Below are positions 20,876-28,649 of a stretch of DNA of 32,000 bases, one piece after another. Origin of the DNA: Trichodesmium erythraeum IMS101 (GTDB lineage: Bacteria > Cyanobacteriota > Cyanobacteriia > Cyanobacteriales > Microcoleaceae); NCBI RefSeq assembly GCF_000014265.1, contig NC_008312.1, positions 1,830,001-1,862,000 of the forward strand. Direction: 5' to 3'. The notes under the pieces are model-generated. The model ran no database searches. It was not told the origin of the DNA and worked only from the letters and a program-made list of their open reading frames with translations. Position 1 is the first letter of the stretch. Every line of letters starts with the position of its first letter. A program made the translations under genes and the position numbers.

Positions 20876-21087
20876 AATAAGTTACTTAATTTATTTTATT
20901 AATTTTCAAAGAATATAATACAGCAGTTTTTATTTGAGTAAAGCAGATTAGGAAAGCTTTATAGAAAGTCCTTACGAGGTTTTGATTTTGACGTGAGGTC
21001 ATCAATACTGAAAAGCTCTCTAATACGTTTTCACAGAAATCATTTGACTTTCTTTAATTCTGACTTTTGACTTTTGACTTTTGACTT

Positions 21088-22776
21088 TTAACTTTCTTTT
21101 GTCTGATTTTCATTTTCAGAGTTATCCTCATCTTTTAACTTCCTAGATTCAAATTTTAATACTCCCAATTCTAAAACTTTCCACTTACCTCTATCTTCTG
21201 TAGGTTCGACTTTTGCTAGCTTCAGTAATTGAAACTTCTTCAACTCCCCTGACGAATCTCCATAACATTCAAATAAACCTTGTACATCTTCATTATTATC
21301 TGGGTTAATGTTGGCCTTCTGTCTGGGAGCTAAATAGTCACCGCTTTCCTCCGATAATATCCAGTAATTTCCGAATCTCTTTTTTTCCAAAATAACTGTA
21401 TTGCTACTATCATTGACTTTTGCAACAGTTGTAGGTTTTTTCGAGCGCCAGCTCTGACTGCTATTGTAAAGCTCTACAAAATTAGCTTCTTCAGGTGGTA
21501 GCGGTGGCAGAATTCTTGTTGGTTCTGGTGTTGGTTCTGGTGTTGGTTCTGGTGTTGGTTCTGGTGTTGGTTCTGGTGTTGTTTCTGGTGTTGGTTCTGG
21601 TGTTGGTTCTGGCGTTCGTTCTGGTGTTGGTTCTGGTGTTGGTGTTGGAGTATCTGAGGATGACATTTTTATCTGTATCCACTTAACTATACCAGGCTCG
21701 GACAACTGCCAACTTTTACCTAAATTAATTGGAGATACTTTAGCGGGTTTTAGGAGTAATAGTTTACTAGAGTCTTCCTGGAAACTGGAAGATTCAAATA
21801 ATCTAGTAAACATTTGTTTATTAAATTGATTAAGTTTGATATGTTGTTTAGGAATTAGATAGTTGTCACTTTCTTGGGATATTATCCAATAATTTCCCCG
21901 GCGGTTAGTTTCAAATACTACTTCCTGAATGGATTGATTCATACTTGCTTCTGTTTCTGAGACTGTTATTGCTATTTCTAATAATGAATCTGGACTTGCA
22001 TTATAAGTTGCTGCTAACTCAGCTTCTTGCCAACTTAGATTGAGACCTATTGGCGATGGGGGTGGTGATATTTCTTTTGGGGAGGAAGATTGTTTAATGT
22101 TATCTAGCCTTTCTGTTAAGGAACTAACTTGTTGAGAAATTATTTCTAAGAGTTCGTCTTGACTACTCTCTTGAGACAATTTTTTCCAACACTTTTGCAA
22201 ATTTGTTTCTATGGTTGATAACTGAGATTGAATACGCACTCCTACTTGCTCGTTCAAATTTTCCAATATTTCTAGCAACCCAGACTCTAGATTTTCTGCA
22301 GGATAGATTTGTTGGGATAATTGTTCTAAAACCTTCTGCAAATTTGTTTCTATGATCAACAACTTAGATTTTTGAACCTCCTGTTCTTGATTTCCCGCTA
22401 CAACTTGCTTAGTTAAATTATTCAACTTTTCTGCTATTTCTGGCGATCGCTCTTTTTGAGACTCCTGTAATTCTGTTTCCAGTTGATTGTGCTTTTCTGT
22501 GTAATCATCCAATTTTGATTTCATCTCCCTTCCCTCTTGTTGAGATTCCTGAAATTCTGTTTGCAGTTGATTGTACTTTTCTGTATAATCATTTAATTCT
22601 GATTTCATCTCCCTTCCCTCTTGTTGAGATTCCTGAAATTCTGTTTCCAGTTGATTGTACTTTTCTGTATAATCATTTAATTCTGATTTCATCTCCCTTC
22701 CCTCTTGTTGAGATTCCTGAAATTCTGCTTGCAGTTGATTGTACTTTTCTGTATAATCATTTAATTCTGATTTCAT
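21088..22776 (-). CDS. Coiled-coil repeat protein with two copies of the cluster-specific C-terminal module (downstream part of a gene interrupted by an in-frame TAA)
   Basis: 562-aa ORF. It has 28-aa tandem repeats (MKSELNDYTEKYNQLQAEFQESQQEGRE). The shared module occurs at 21679-22005 and 21151-21468, separated by a (PEPT)n linker. It lies in the same frame as ORF 22807-23136. Confidence 0.7.
   Translation of the reverse strand: MKSELNDYTEKYNQLQAEFQESQQEGREMKSELNDYTEKYNQLETEFQESQQEGREMKSELNDYTEKYNQLQTEFQESQQEGREMKSKLDDYTEKHNQLETELQESQKERSPEIAEKLNNLTKQVVAGNQEQEVQKSKLLIIETNLQKVLEQLSQQIYPAENLESGLLEILENLNEQVGVRIQSQLSTIETNLQKCWKKLSQESSQDELLEIISQQVSSLTERLDNIKQSSSPKEISPPPSPIGLNLSWQEAELAATYNASPDSLLEIAITVSETEASMNQSIQEVVFETNRRGNYWIISQESDNYLIPKQHIKLNQFNKQMFTRLFESSSFQEDSSKLLLLKPAKVSPINLGKSWQLSEPGIVKWIQIKMSSSDTPTPTPEPTPERTPEPTPEPTPETTPEPTPEPTPEPTPEPTPEPTRILPPLPPEEANFVELYNSSQSWRSKKPTTVAKVNDSSNTVILEKKRFGNYWILSEESGDYLAPRQKANINPDNNEDVQGLFECYGDSSGELKKFQLLKLAKVEPTEDRGKWKVLELGVLKFESRKLKDEDNSENENQTKES
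21514..21657. repeat. 12-bp microsatellite-like repeat encoding a (T/E)P-rich PEPT linker
   Basis: ggttctggtgtt is reiterated about 10 times. On the minus strand it encodes TPTPTPEPTPERTPEPTPEPTPETTPEPTPEPTPEPTPEPTPEPT. Confidence 0.9.
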
Positions 22777-22938
22777 CTCCCTTCCCTCTTGTTGAGATTG
22801 CTGAAATTATGTTTGCAGTTGATTGTACTTTTCTGTGTAATCATCTAATTCTGATTTCAATCGCGATCGCTCTTGTTGAGATTGCTGAAGTTCTGCTTGT
22901 AACTCTTCATATTTGGCCCTCAATTGTTTTAGCTGAGA
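22435..22938. repeat. 84-bp tandem repeat array (4 near-identical core copies plus diverged flanking copies) inside a coding sequence
   Basis: tttcatctcccttccctcttgttgagattcctgaaattctgtt(t/c)(g/c)cagttgattgtacttttctgtataatcatttaattctga starts at 22519, 22603, 22687 and 22771. Diverged copies start at 22435 and 22855. Confidence 0.9.
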
Positions 22939-23136
22939 TTCCTGTTTCTTTAGAACGTGCAACTTTTGTATCGCCCACTTTTCTACTTTTTGAAGAGCGT
23001 CGGACGAACTAAACCCCGAACCTTCAAGAACTTCATCGCCACTATTGGAATAAAGCCTTAAATACCAACCGCATTTGAGACAAAAATTCACCTGTTGCTG
23101 TTGATATTCTGTATTGCAAACCGGACAATTTGGCAT
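22807..23136 (-). CDS. Zinc-ribbon plus coiled-coil N-terminal part of the interrupted repeat protein
   Basis: 109 aa. MPNCPVCNTEY...NFCLKCGWYL is a CPxC...CxxCG zinc ribbon. The ORF ends in repeat sequence ...LKSELDDYTEKYNQLQT-TAA. The TAA at 22807-22809 replaces the GAA found in sister repeats. Confidence 0.7.
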   Translation of the reverse strand: MPNCPVCNTEYQQQQVNFCLKCGWYLRLYSNSGDEVLEGSGFSSSDALQKVEKWAIQKLHVLKKQESQLKQLRAKYEELQAELQQSQQERSRLKSELDDYTEKYNQLQT

Positions 23137-23301
23137 TAGTTATCTTTCCATTTATAAATTTACTTCAATCTACAAACCACTGTTCCTCTTTACTCAGATA
23201 TAATACATCTTCTCATTTTCCCTCTCGTTTTGTGGTAGTAGCTGGTTCTATAGATATGTGAAACTTTACTTGCGGGTCTATCGTTGTAGTCGATGCAGAT
23301 A

Positions 23302-24318
23302 TTATGGACTATTTCGTAGCCATCCTCCAAACAGACTAACAAGCTCTTTGATTGGCCTCAACTCTCCTTCCAGCAGTCTTTGCAACTCCTCTTTGAGTTT
23401 TAATATTTGACTATTAATTTTGTTAATTTCTGCTCCTACCGCTTTTAAATAAGTAGTATTGTTTTTCTGCTTATGAGTTATTTCTTGCAACTGATAGATG
23501 TTATTAATTTCACTTTCTTCTAGTTTTGATAATTGAGACTGCAACTGCACCAACTTCTCACTTAACTCAGACTTCAATTGTGCCAACCTCTGAAAATAAT
23601 CGGCCTCCAAATTAGAACATCGTTGCTCCTGGAGCGCCCCTGCCTGTTCCAACCGTTCTAAACGCTCCGTCAAATTACTCCGCCAGCGATCGCCTTCCTC
23701 CAACTTGGCCAAAGTCTTCTGTAAGCGATCGTAAGCCAACTCTGCCACCTGAGAAGCAAAGCGATCGCGCTCGTCCCTGGCCAACCTCAACTCAGATTCC
23801 AGTTTTTCTCGCTCCTCCTTTACTCCTTCCAGTTCCGACTGTAGCCGAGATAATTGAGAATTACCACCAAAATCTAACACCCCCCGCTCCTCCAACCGCC
23901 ACTGATCTCCCCCTGGCGTCAGAGAAACCTTAGCCAGTTTAACCAGGATAAACTCCCGCGCATCCTCTGAAAGAGAACCATTGAACTTGAACAAAGATTT
24001 AACAGTATCCTTGTTAAAAGAATTAATTCGGAAATTTGCTTTAGGTAATAACCAGTAACATCCCTTCTCCGTAACCATTACCCAATAATTCCCATTTCGC
24101 TCTTCACCGAGCAAAACTTCTGAATTAGAATATCTCCATCCCCTAAAGTCAATTTTTGAAACCTTAATAGCCTTTCTTGAGAGAACCCTCGGCGCATAAT
24201 TATAAGCTTCGATCAATTCATCTTCAGACAAACTTATCCAACCCCGTGGGAGAGTTTCCAGGGTTTTCGTCACCCGCACCGAGTTAGTTAATTCTGAGGA
24301 ATAATTATCTGGTTTCAT
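23302..24318 (-). CDS. Permuted paralog: shared module at the N-terminus followed by a coiled coil
   Basis: 338 aa. The shared module lies at 23869-24204 (YNYAPRVLSRKAIKVS...NGNYWVMV...LFKF...ILVKLAKVS...WRLEERGVLDF). The C-terminal coiled coil ends QKNNTTYLKAVGAEINKINSQILKLKEELQ...LRPIKELVSLFGGWLRNSP. That tail is homologous to the middle of the 27687-28649 protein. Confidence 0.75.
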   Translation of the reverse strand: MKPDNYSSELTNSVRVTKTLETLPRGWISLSEDELIEAYNYAPRVLSRKAIKVSKIDFRGWRYSNSEVLLGEERNGNYWVMVTEKGCYWLLPKANFRINSFNKDTVKSLFKFNGSLSEDAREFILVKLAKVSLTPGGDQWRLEERGVLDFGGNSQLSRLQSELEGVKEEREKLESELRLARDERDRFASQVAELAYDRLQKTLAKLEEGDRWRSNLTERLERLEQAGALQEQRCSNLEADYFQRLAQLKSELSEKLVQLQSQLSKLEESEINNIYQLQEITHKQKNNTTYLKAVGAEINKINSQILKLKEELQRLLEGELRPIKELVSLFGGWLRNSP

Positions 24319-24402
24319 TGTTTTTTTATGATATATAGCCTTTTTTACTGGTCAAATATTATCGAGTTTATTTAACGAAATTTCAATATATTTTACTACC
24401 TA

Positions 24403-25686
24403 TTAATCAAATTGTAGTATACCACGTTCGACAAGCTGCCAAGTTTCACCTTTTGAAATAGCAGATACTTTGGCGGGTTTTATTAGTTGAAACCCGGAGT
24501 ATTCAGGTCGGTATCCCTGACATTCAAATAAATTTGCAACTGTCTTACTGTTATATTCATTAATTTTGATGTTATGCCTAGGAACCATGTAATCAATATC
24601 AGCCTCATTTAGTATCCAATAGTTTCCTCTGCGAACTTTCTGAATAATTACTGCTTGAGTGCTACTTATACGAGGTTGAACCATGCTTCGGTCTGCTTCT
24701 GAGACCTCTATAGCATTTTCTGATAAAGAACGGGTATCTTCTTTATATATTAACATAAACTCAAGATTGGGCAAACCTCCAGCTATATTATCTGGAGTCT
24801 TTAGTTGCTGATTTTGTTGGGGCTGGTTTATTTGATTTGGTAGGTTCCTTAATTCAATATCCAATCTTTTACGAATTTCTTGTTGTAATTGCCCATGAAT
24901 TTCCTCTTTCACTGCTTCAAAAATCAGCTTTTTATTATCGGCATTGTTGTCTGAAGTCTTTAGTTGCTGATTTTGTTGGAGCTGGTTTATTTGATTTTGT
25001 AGGTTCCTTAATTTAATATCCCATCTTTGATCAATTTCTTGTTGTAATTGCCTATAAATCTCCCCTATTTTATCATTTACTACTTGAACAATCAACTTTT
25101 TATTATCGACATTATTACCTGGAGTCTTGACTTGCTGATTTTGTTGTAAATAGTATATTTGACTTTTTATTTTTTTCGTTTCAGCATCCCATAATTTAGA
25201 CATTTTTTCTAATTTATAATAAGCATCTTCTACTTTATAGTCTACTTCATAAACAAGTTCTTGAGTATCTAAATTACTGGGTTTATTAACAGCATTATTC
25301 TGTTTTATCTGCCATATTAATAGCGAAATATAAAACAACAATAAGACTGTGAATAGTACTAATAGAATGAAAGAAAATATCACTGTTCTTCGTATATTCT
25401 TAAACTGATTTAATTGATTAAAAATTGCTTGTTTTTCATAGTTTAAATTCTTAATTTCTTCCTCATTGTTATTAGCTATAGCGGCTAATTCATTGTTTGT
25501 TTTTTGAACATCATCAAAGCTGTTCTTTAAATTTTCCTGATCTGGATTTAAAGGAATTGATGTTGTCGAAGTACTAGGTGGTATTTCTGGCTCTAGTTGT
25601 ACACAAGCCACGAAAGAACCAGATATTAATACCAAAGACAGCAATAAACTGTATGTGCTTTTCCAACTGTGTATGCTTTTCCACAT
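24403..25686 (-). CDS. Lipoprotein-signal / TM / coiled-coil protein with shared C-terminal module
   Basis: 427 aa. It has the lipobox signal MWKSIHSWKSTYSLLLSLVLISGSFVAC. An internal TM helix reads TVIFSFILLVLFTVLLLFYISLLIW. There are Q/N-rich repeats of about 55 aa. The shared module lies at about 24403-24744 (RRGNYWIL...LFECQGY...LIKPAKVS...WQLVERGILQF). Confidence 0.8.
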   Translation of the reverse strand: MWKSIHSWKSTYSLLLSLVLISGSFVACVQLEPEIPPSTSTTSIPLNPDQENLKNSFDDVQKTNNELAAIANNNEEEIKNLNYEKQAIFNQLNQFKNIRRTVIFSFILLVLFTVLLLFYISLLIWQIKQNNAVNKPSNLDTQELVYEVDYKVEDAYYKLEKMSKLWDAETKKIKSQIYYLQQNQQVKTPGNNVDNKKLIVQVVNDKIGEIYRQLQQEIDQRWDIKLRNLQNQINQLQQNQQLKTSDNNADNKKLIFEAVKEEIHGQLQQEIRKRLDIELRNLPNQINQPQQNQQLKTPDNIAGGLPNLEFMLIYKEDTRSLSENAIEVSEADRSMVQPRISSTQAVIIQKVRRGNYWILNEADIDYMVPRHNIKINEYNSKTVANLFECQGYRPEYSGFQLIKPAKVSAISKGETWQLVERGILQFD

Positions 25687-25866
25687 AAAAACTCACTTTT
25701 TTCTTCAAAATACATCCCCATAATAAGGTTTGTAAACCCTTATAGCACTGTTCCAAAATTAGTATTTTGGGAGAAGTCTAATAAACGAACTAATAAACTA
25801 TCGTATCCTTTTCACTGCGCAATTATCTAACTGAGAATTGACTTCCCCAAAAGGTTCCATTGCCCA

Positions 25867-27660
25867 TTAATAAAATTGCAGTACTCCAAGTTCTACAAGC
25901 TGCCAAGTTTCACCTCTGGAAATAGCAGACACTCTCGCTGGTTTTATCAGTTGAAACCCGGAGTATCCAGACCTATATCCCTGACATTCAAATAAATTTT
26001 TAACTGTTTCCAAGCTATGCTCGTTAATCTTGATGTTATTTTTAGGAACCATGTAATCAACCCCACCCTCGTTTAATATACAATAGTTTCCCCTGCGAAC
26101 TTTCTGAAGAATTGCTCCTTGACCGCCACCGAGACGACGTTGGTCAATGCTTTGTTCTGTTTCCGAGACCTCTATAGCATTTTTTAACAAAGAACGGGCG
26201 TCGTGCTGATACATTGATATCAATTGCAGATCTGACGACCCAAAATATTGATGGGTAGGTATTTGTGGGTTCATTTGAGGTACTGGTGTTACTTGGCTAG
26301 TTAAATGATTGGTTGTTATTCGAGATTCTCTGTGAACTCCAGCTACATTGTCTGAAGTCCTTAGTTTCTGATTTTGTTGGAGCTGGTTTATTTGATTTTG
26401 TAGGTTCCTTGATTCAATATCCCATCTTTGATCAATTTCTTGTTGTAATTGCCTATAAATCTCCCCTATTTTCTCATTTACTACTTGAACAATCAACTTT
26501 CTATTATCGACATTATTACCTGGAGTCTTGACTTGCTGATTTTGTTGGAGATAGTATATTTGACTTTGTATTTTTTTCGCTTCATTCTCCCAGATTTTAG
26601 ACATTTTTTCTAATTTATCATAAGCATCTTCTACTTTATCGTCTACTTCATAAACAAGTTCTTGAGTATCTAAATCACCAGTTTGATTAACACCATTATT
26701 CGGTTGTTTGGTATTTGTATAAGCTTTGTTATATCTTTTCAAAAGCAGCTTTATTCTCCTCCAATCTTGCCAAATATAAACACATAAACCACTTAAAAAT
26801 ACAGCTATTACCAGCACTATTATGACAACAAATGTCTCTAATTTTAGTCTACTTTGAAACTGATTTAATTGATTATAAATTTCTTGTTTTTCAGAGTTTA
26901 AATTCTTAATTTCTTCCTCATTCTTCTTAGCTATAGCGGCTAATTCATTATTTCTTGCTTCCAAATCAGCTATTTTTCTAGCCAATTCTTTGTCATCATC
27001 TTTATCGAGGGTAACAGATGAAGGTAAACCAGTAACTTGACCAAGATCGATAATTTTAGCTTTTAGCTGTTTGCTGTTTTCTGTCAATGACTCATTTATT
27101 TTACTTTGCGTATCTGGACCTAAGCGTCCAAAATAAGATACTTCCGGATTTGTAATAATCTGCAAATTTAGTTGGACTTCACCAATTTTGTCTTTGCCTA
27201 ATCCACCTTTTAATTTTTCAGTTATTTCTTTAATGTTACTAATATTTTGATTTATGCTATTAAAATTTTGCTCTAAATTTTCTTGATTTCTTATTTGCGA
27301 AATTTGATTTTTATACGTATTAACTTTTTCTTCCAGTTGTATTAGTTTTTCATTAACCTTAGAACTATTTACTGATTCCCTATTTTTGGAACCCTCTCTT
27401 ACTGCAGCAATGTCCTTAATAAAATCGTCTAATAATGTTTGAAATTCATCGTTTGTTTTTTGAATATCATCAAAGCTGTTCTTTAAATTTTCCTGATCTA
27501 AATTTCCCTGATCTGGATTTAAAGGACTTGATGTTATCGAAGGACTAGTAAGTATTGTGTTTGGATCTGTTTGTACACAAGCCACTAAAGAACCAGACAT
27601 TAATACCAAAGACAGCAATAAACTGTATGTGCTTTTCCAACTATATATGCTTTTCCACAT
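25867..27660 (-). CDS. Lipoprotein-signal / long extracytoplasmic coiled coil / TM / coiled-coil protein with shared C-terminal module
   Basis: 597 aa. Its N-terminus is nearly identical to the previous gene (MWKSIYSWKSTYSLLLSLVLMSGSLVAC). About 240 aa of coiled coil precede the TM helix FVVIIVLVIAVFLSGLCVYIW. The same Q/N-rich repeats follow. The shared module lies at 25867-26211. Confidence 0.8.
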   Translation of the reverse strand: MWKSIYSWKSTYSLLLSLVLMSGSLVACVQTDPNTILTSPSITSSPLNPDQGNLDQENLKNSFDDIQKTNDEFQTLLDDFIKDIAAVREGSKNRESVNSSKVNEKLIQLEEKVNTYKNQISQIRNQENLEQNFNSINQNISNIKEITEKLKGGLGKDKIGEVQLNLQIITNPEVSYFGRLGPDTQSKINESLTENSKQLKAKIIDLGQVTGLPSSVTLDKDDDKELARKIADLEARNNELAAIAKKNEEEIKNLNSEKQEIYNQLNQFQSRLKLETFVVIIVLVIAVFLSGLCVYIWQDWRRIKLLLKRYNKAYTNTKQPNNGVNQTGDLDTQELVYEVDDKVEDAYDKLEKMSKIWENEAKKIQSQIYYLQQNQQVKTPGNNVDNRKLIVQVVNEKIGEIYRQLQQEIDQRWDIESRNLQNQINQLQQNQKLRTSDNVAGVHRESRITTNHLTSQVTPVPQMNPQIPTHQYFGSSDLQLISMYQHDARSLLKNAIEVSETEQSIDQRRLGGGQGAILQKVRRGNYCILNEGGVDYMVPKNNIKINEHSLETVKNLFECQGYRSGYSGFQLIKPARVSAISRGETWQLVELGVLQFY

Positions 27661-27686
27661 GATAACTAACCTCTTAGTTCAATAAA

Positions 27687-28649
27687 TTAACCAATAAATT
27701 CCAGTTTCCCTGGCTCGGACAGTTGCCACTTTTCTTCTCCAATAGAAGAAACTTTAGCAGGCTTTAATAGTTCAAATTTACCCTTAGATCCTTCACTATT
27801 GACACCTTGACACTCAAACAAATTTTTCAGAGTATCGATGCTATATTCATTAATCTTTATTGTATCGCTAGGAACTAAATACTGCGAACTACCTTGTTTT
27901 AATATCCAATAGTTGCCCCGGCGCTTTTTTTCCAGAACTGATTTACCAATACCTAAACGACTGTTATCAATACTCTCTGTTGCTGCTGAAACAGTTATCG
28001 CATTTTGTGATAAAACAGTACGTTTTTCTTCGTCCTTGTAGTCTTTTAACAACTGTTCTTCTTCACTCAGAGGTAATTGATATTTTCCTTCCTCCTCTAC
28101 TTCTCTGGTGGTATTTAGTTCTGTAGATGTTTGCAACTTTACTTGCGGGTCTATCGTTGTGCTCAATGGCAGATATTCTGGATTATTTTTGAACCATTCT
28201 CCAAACAAACTAATCAACTTTTTGATAGGCCTCAACTCATCTTGGAGTTTTGAGATCTCATTATTAATTTGGTTAATTTCTTCTCTTCCTGCCTCTAAAG
28301 AAGCAGTATTGTTGTTCTGCTTCTGAATTAGTTCTTGCAACTCCTCTTGGAGTTTTGAGTTCTCATTATTAATTTGGTTAATTTCTTCTCTTTCTGCCTC
28401 TAAAGAAGCAGTATTGTTGTTCTGCTTCTGAGTTAGTTCTTGCAATTGAGATTTGAACGATTCTAACATTTGAACCAATTGCTCTTTTATGTTATGCTCC
28501 CAAGTTGCAGCATGTGCTGATGTTTCTCTAATATTTTCAAACCCTTGAGGTTTATCGCCAGTTAAACTATCATGCAGAGCATAACCACAATTCCGACAAA
28601 AATTATCGCCCTTGTTTACTTCAGCCTGGCACTGTGGACAGTTACTCAT
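27687..28649 (-). CDS. Zinc-ribbon / coiled-coil protein with shared C-terminal module
   Basis: 320 aa. The zinc ribbon is MSNCPQCQAEV...NFCRNCGYAL. A 2 x 35-aa repeat (105-bp period, 28241-28450) is present. The shared module lies at 27687-28040. An AAGGAG Shine-Dalgarno sequence sits upstream. The next gene starts only 26 nt downstream. Confidence 0.8.
   Translation of the reverse strand: MSNCPQCQAEVNKGDNFCRNCGYALHDSLTGDKPQGFENIRETSAHAATWEHNIKEQLVQMLESFKSQLQELTQKQNNNTASLEAEREEINQINNENSKLQEELQELIQKQNNNTASLEAGREEINQINNEISKLQDELRPIKKLISLFGEWFKNNPEYLPLSTTIDPQVKLQTSTELNTTREVEEEGKYQLPLSEEEQLLKDYKDEEKRTVLSQNAITVSAATESIDNSRLGIGKSVLEKKRRGNYWILKQGSSQYLVPSDTIKINEYSIDTLKNLFECQGVNSEGSKGKFELLKPAKVSSIGEEKWQLSEPGKLEFIG

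Noticed and set aside
21491-21686. Two 63-aa ORFs (NTRTNTRT... and LVLVLVLV...)
   Set aside because: They are alternative-frame and antisense translations of the 12-bp PEPT repeat, so they are low-complexity artefacts.
22515-23012. 165-aa plus-strand ORF with its own internal repeats (ISSPFPLVEIPEIL...)
   Set aside because: It is the antisense reading of the 84-bp coiled-coil repeat array. Its periodicity is inherited from the minus-strand gene. It has no independent start context or recognisable motifs.
25574-25756. 60-aa minus-strand ORF overlapping the start of the 25686 gene
   Set aside because: It is out of frame with, and overlaps, the lipoprotein signal-coding region, which is nearly identical to that of the paralog at 27660. 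It is an artefact.
26313-26531. 72-aa plus-strand ORF. The same applies to 28108-28326, 30316-30558 and 30771-30956.
   Set aside because: All are antisense to long, motif-bearing minus-strand genes in the cluster.
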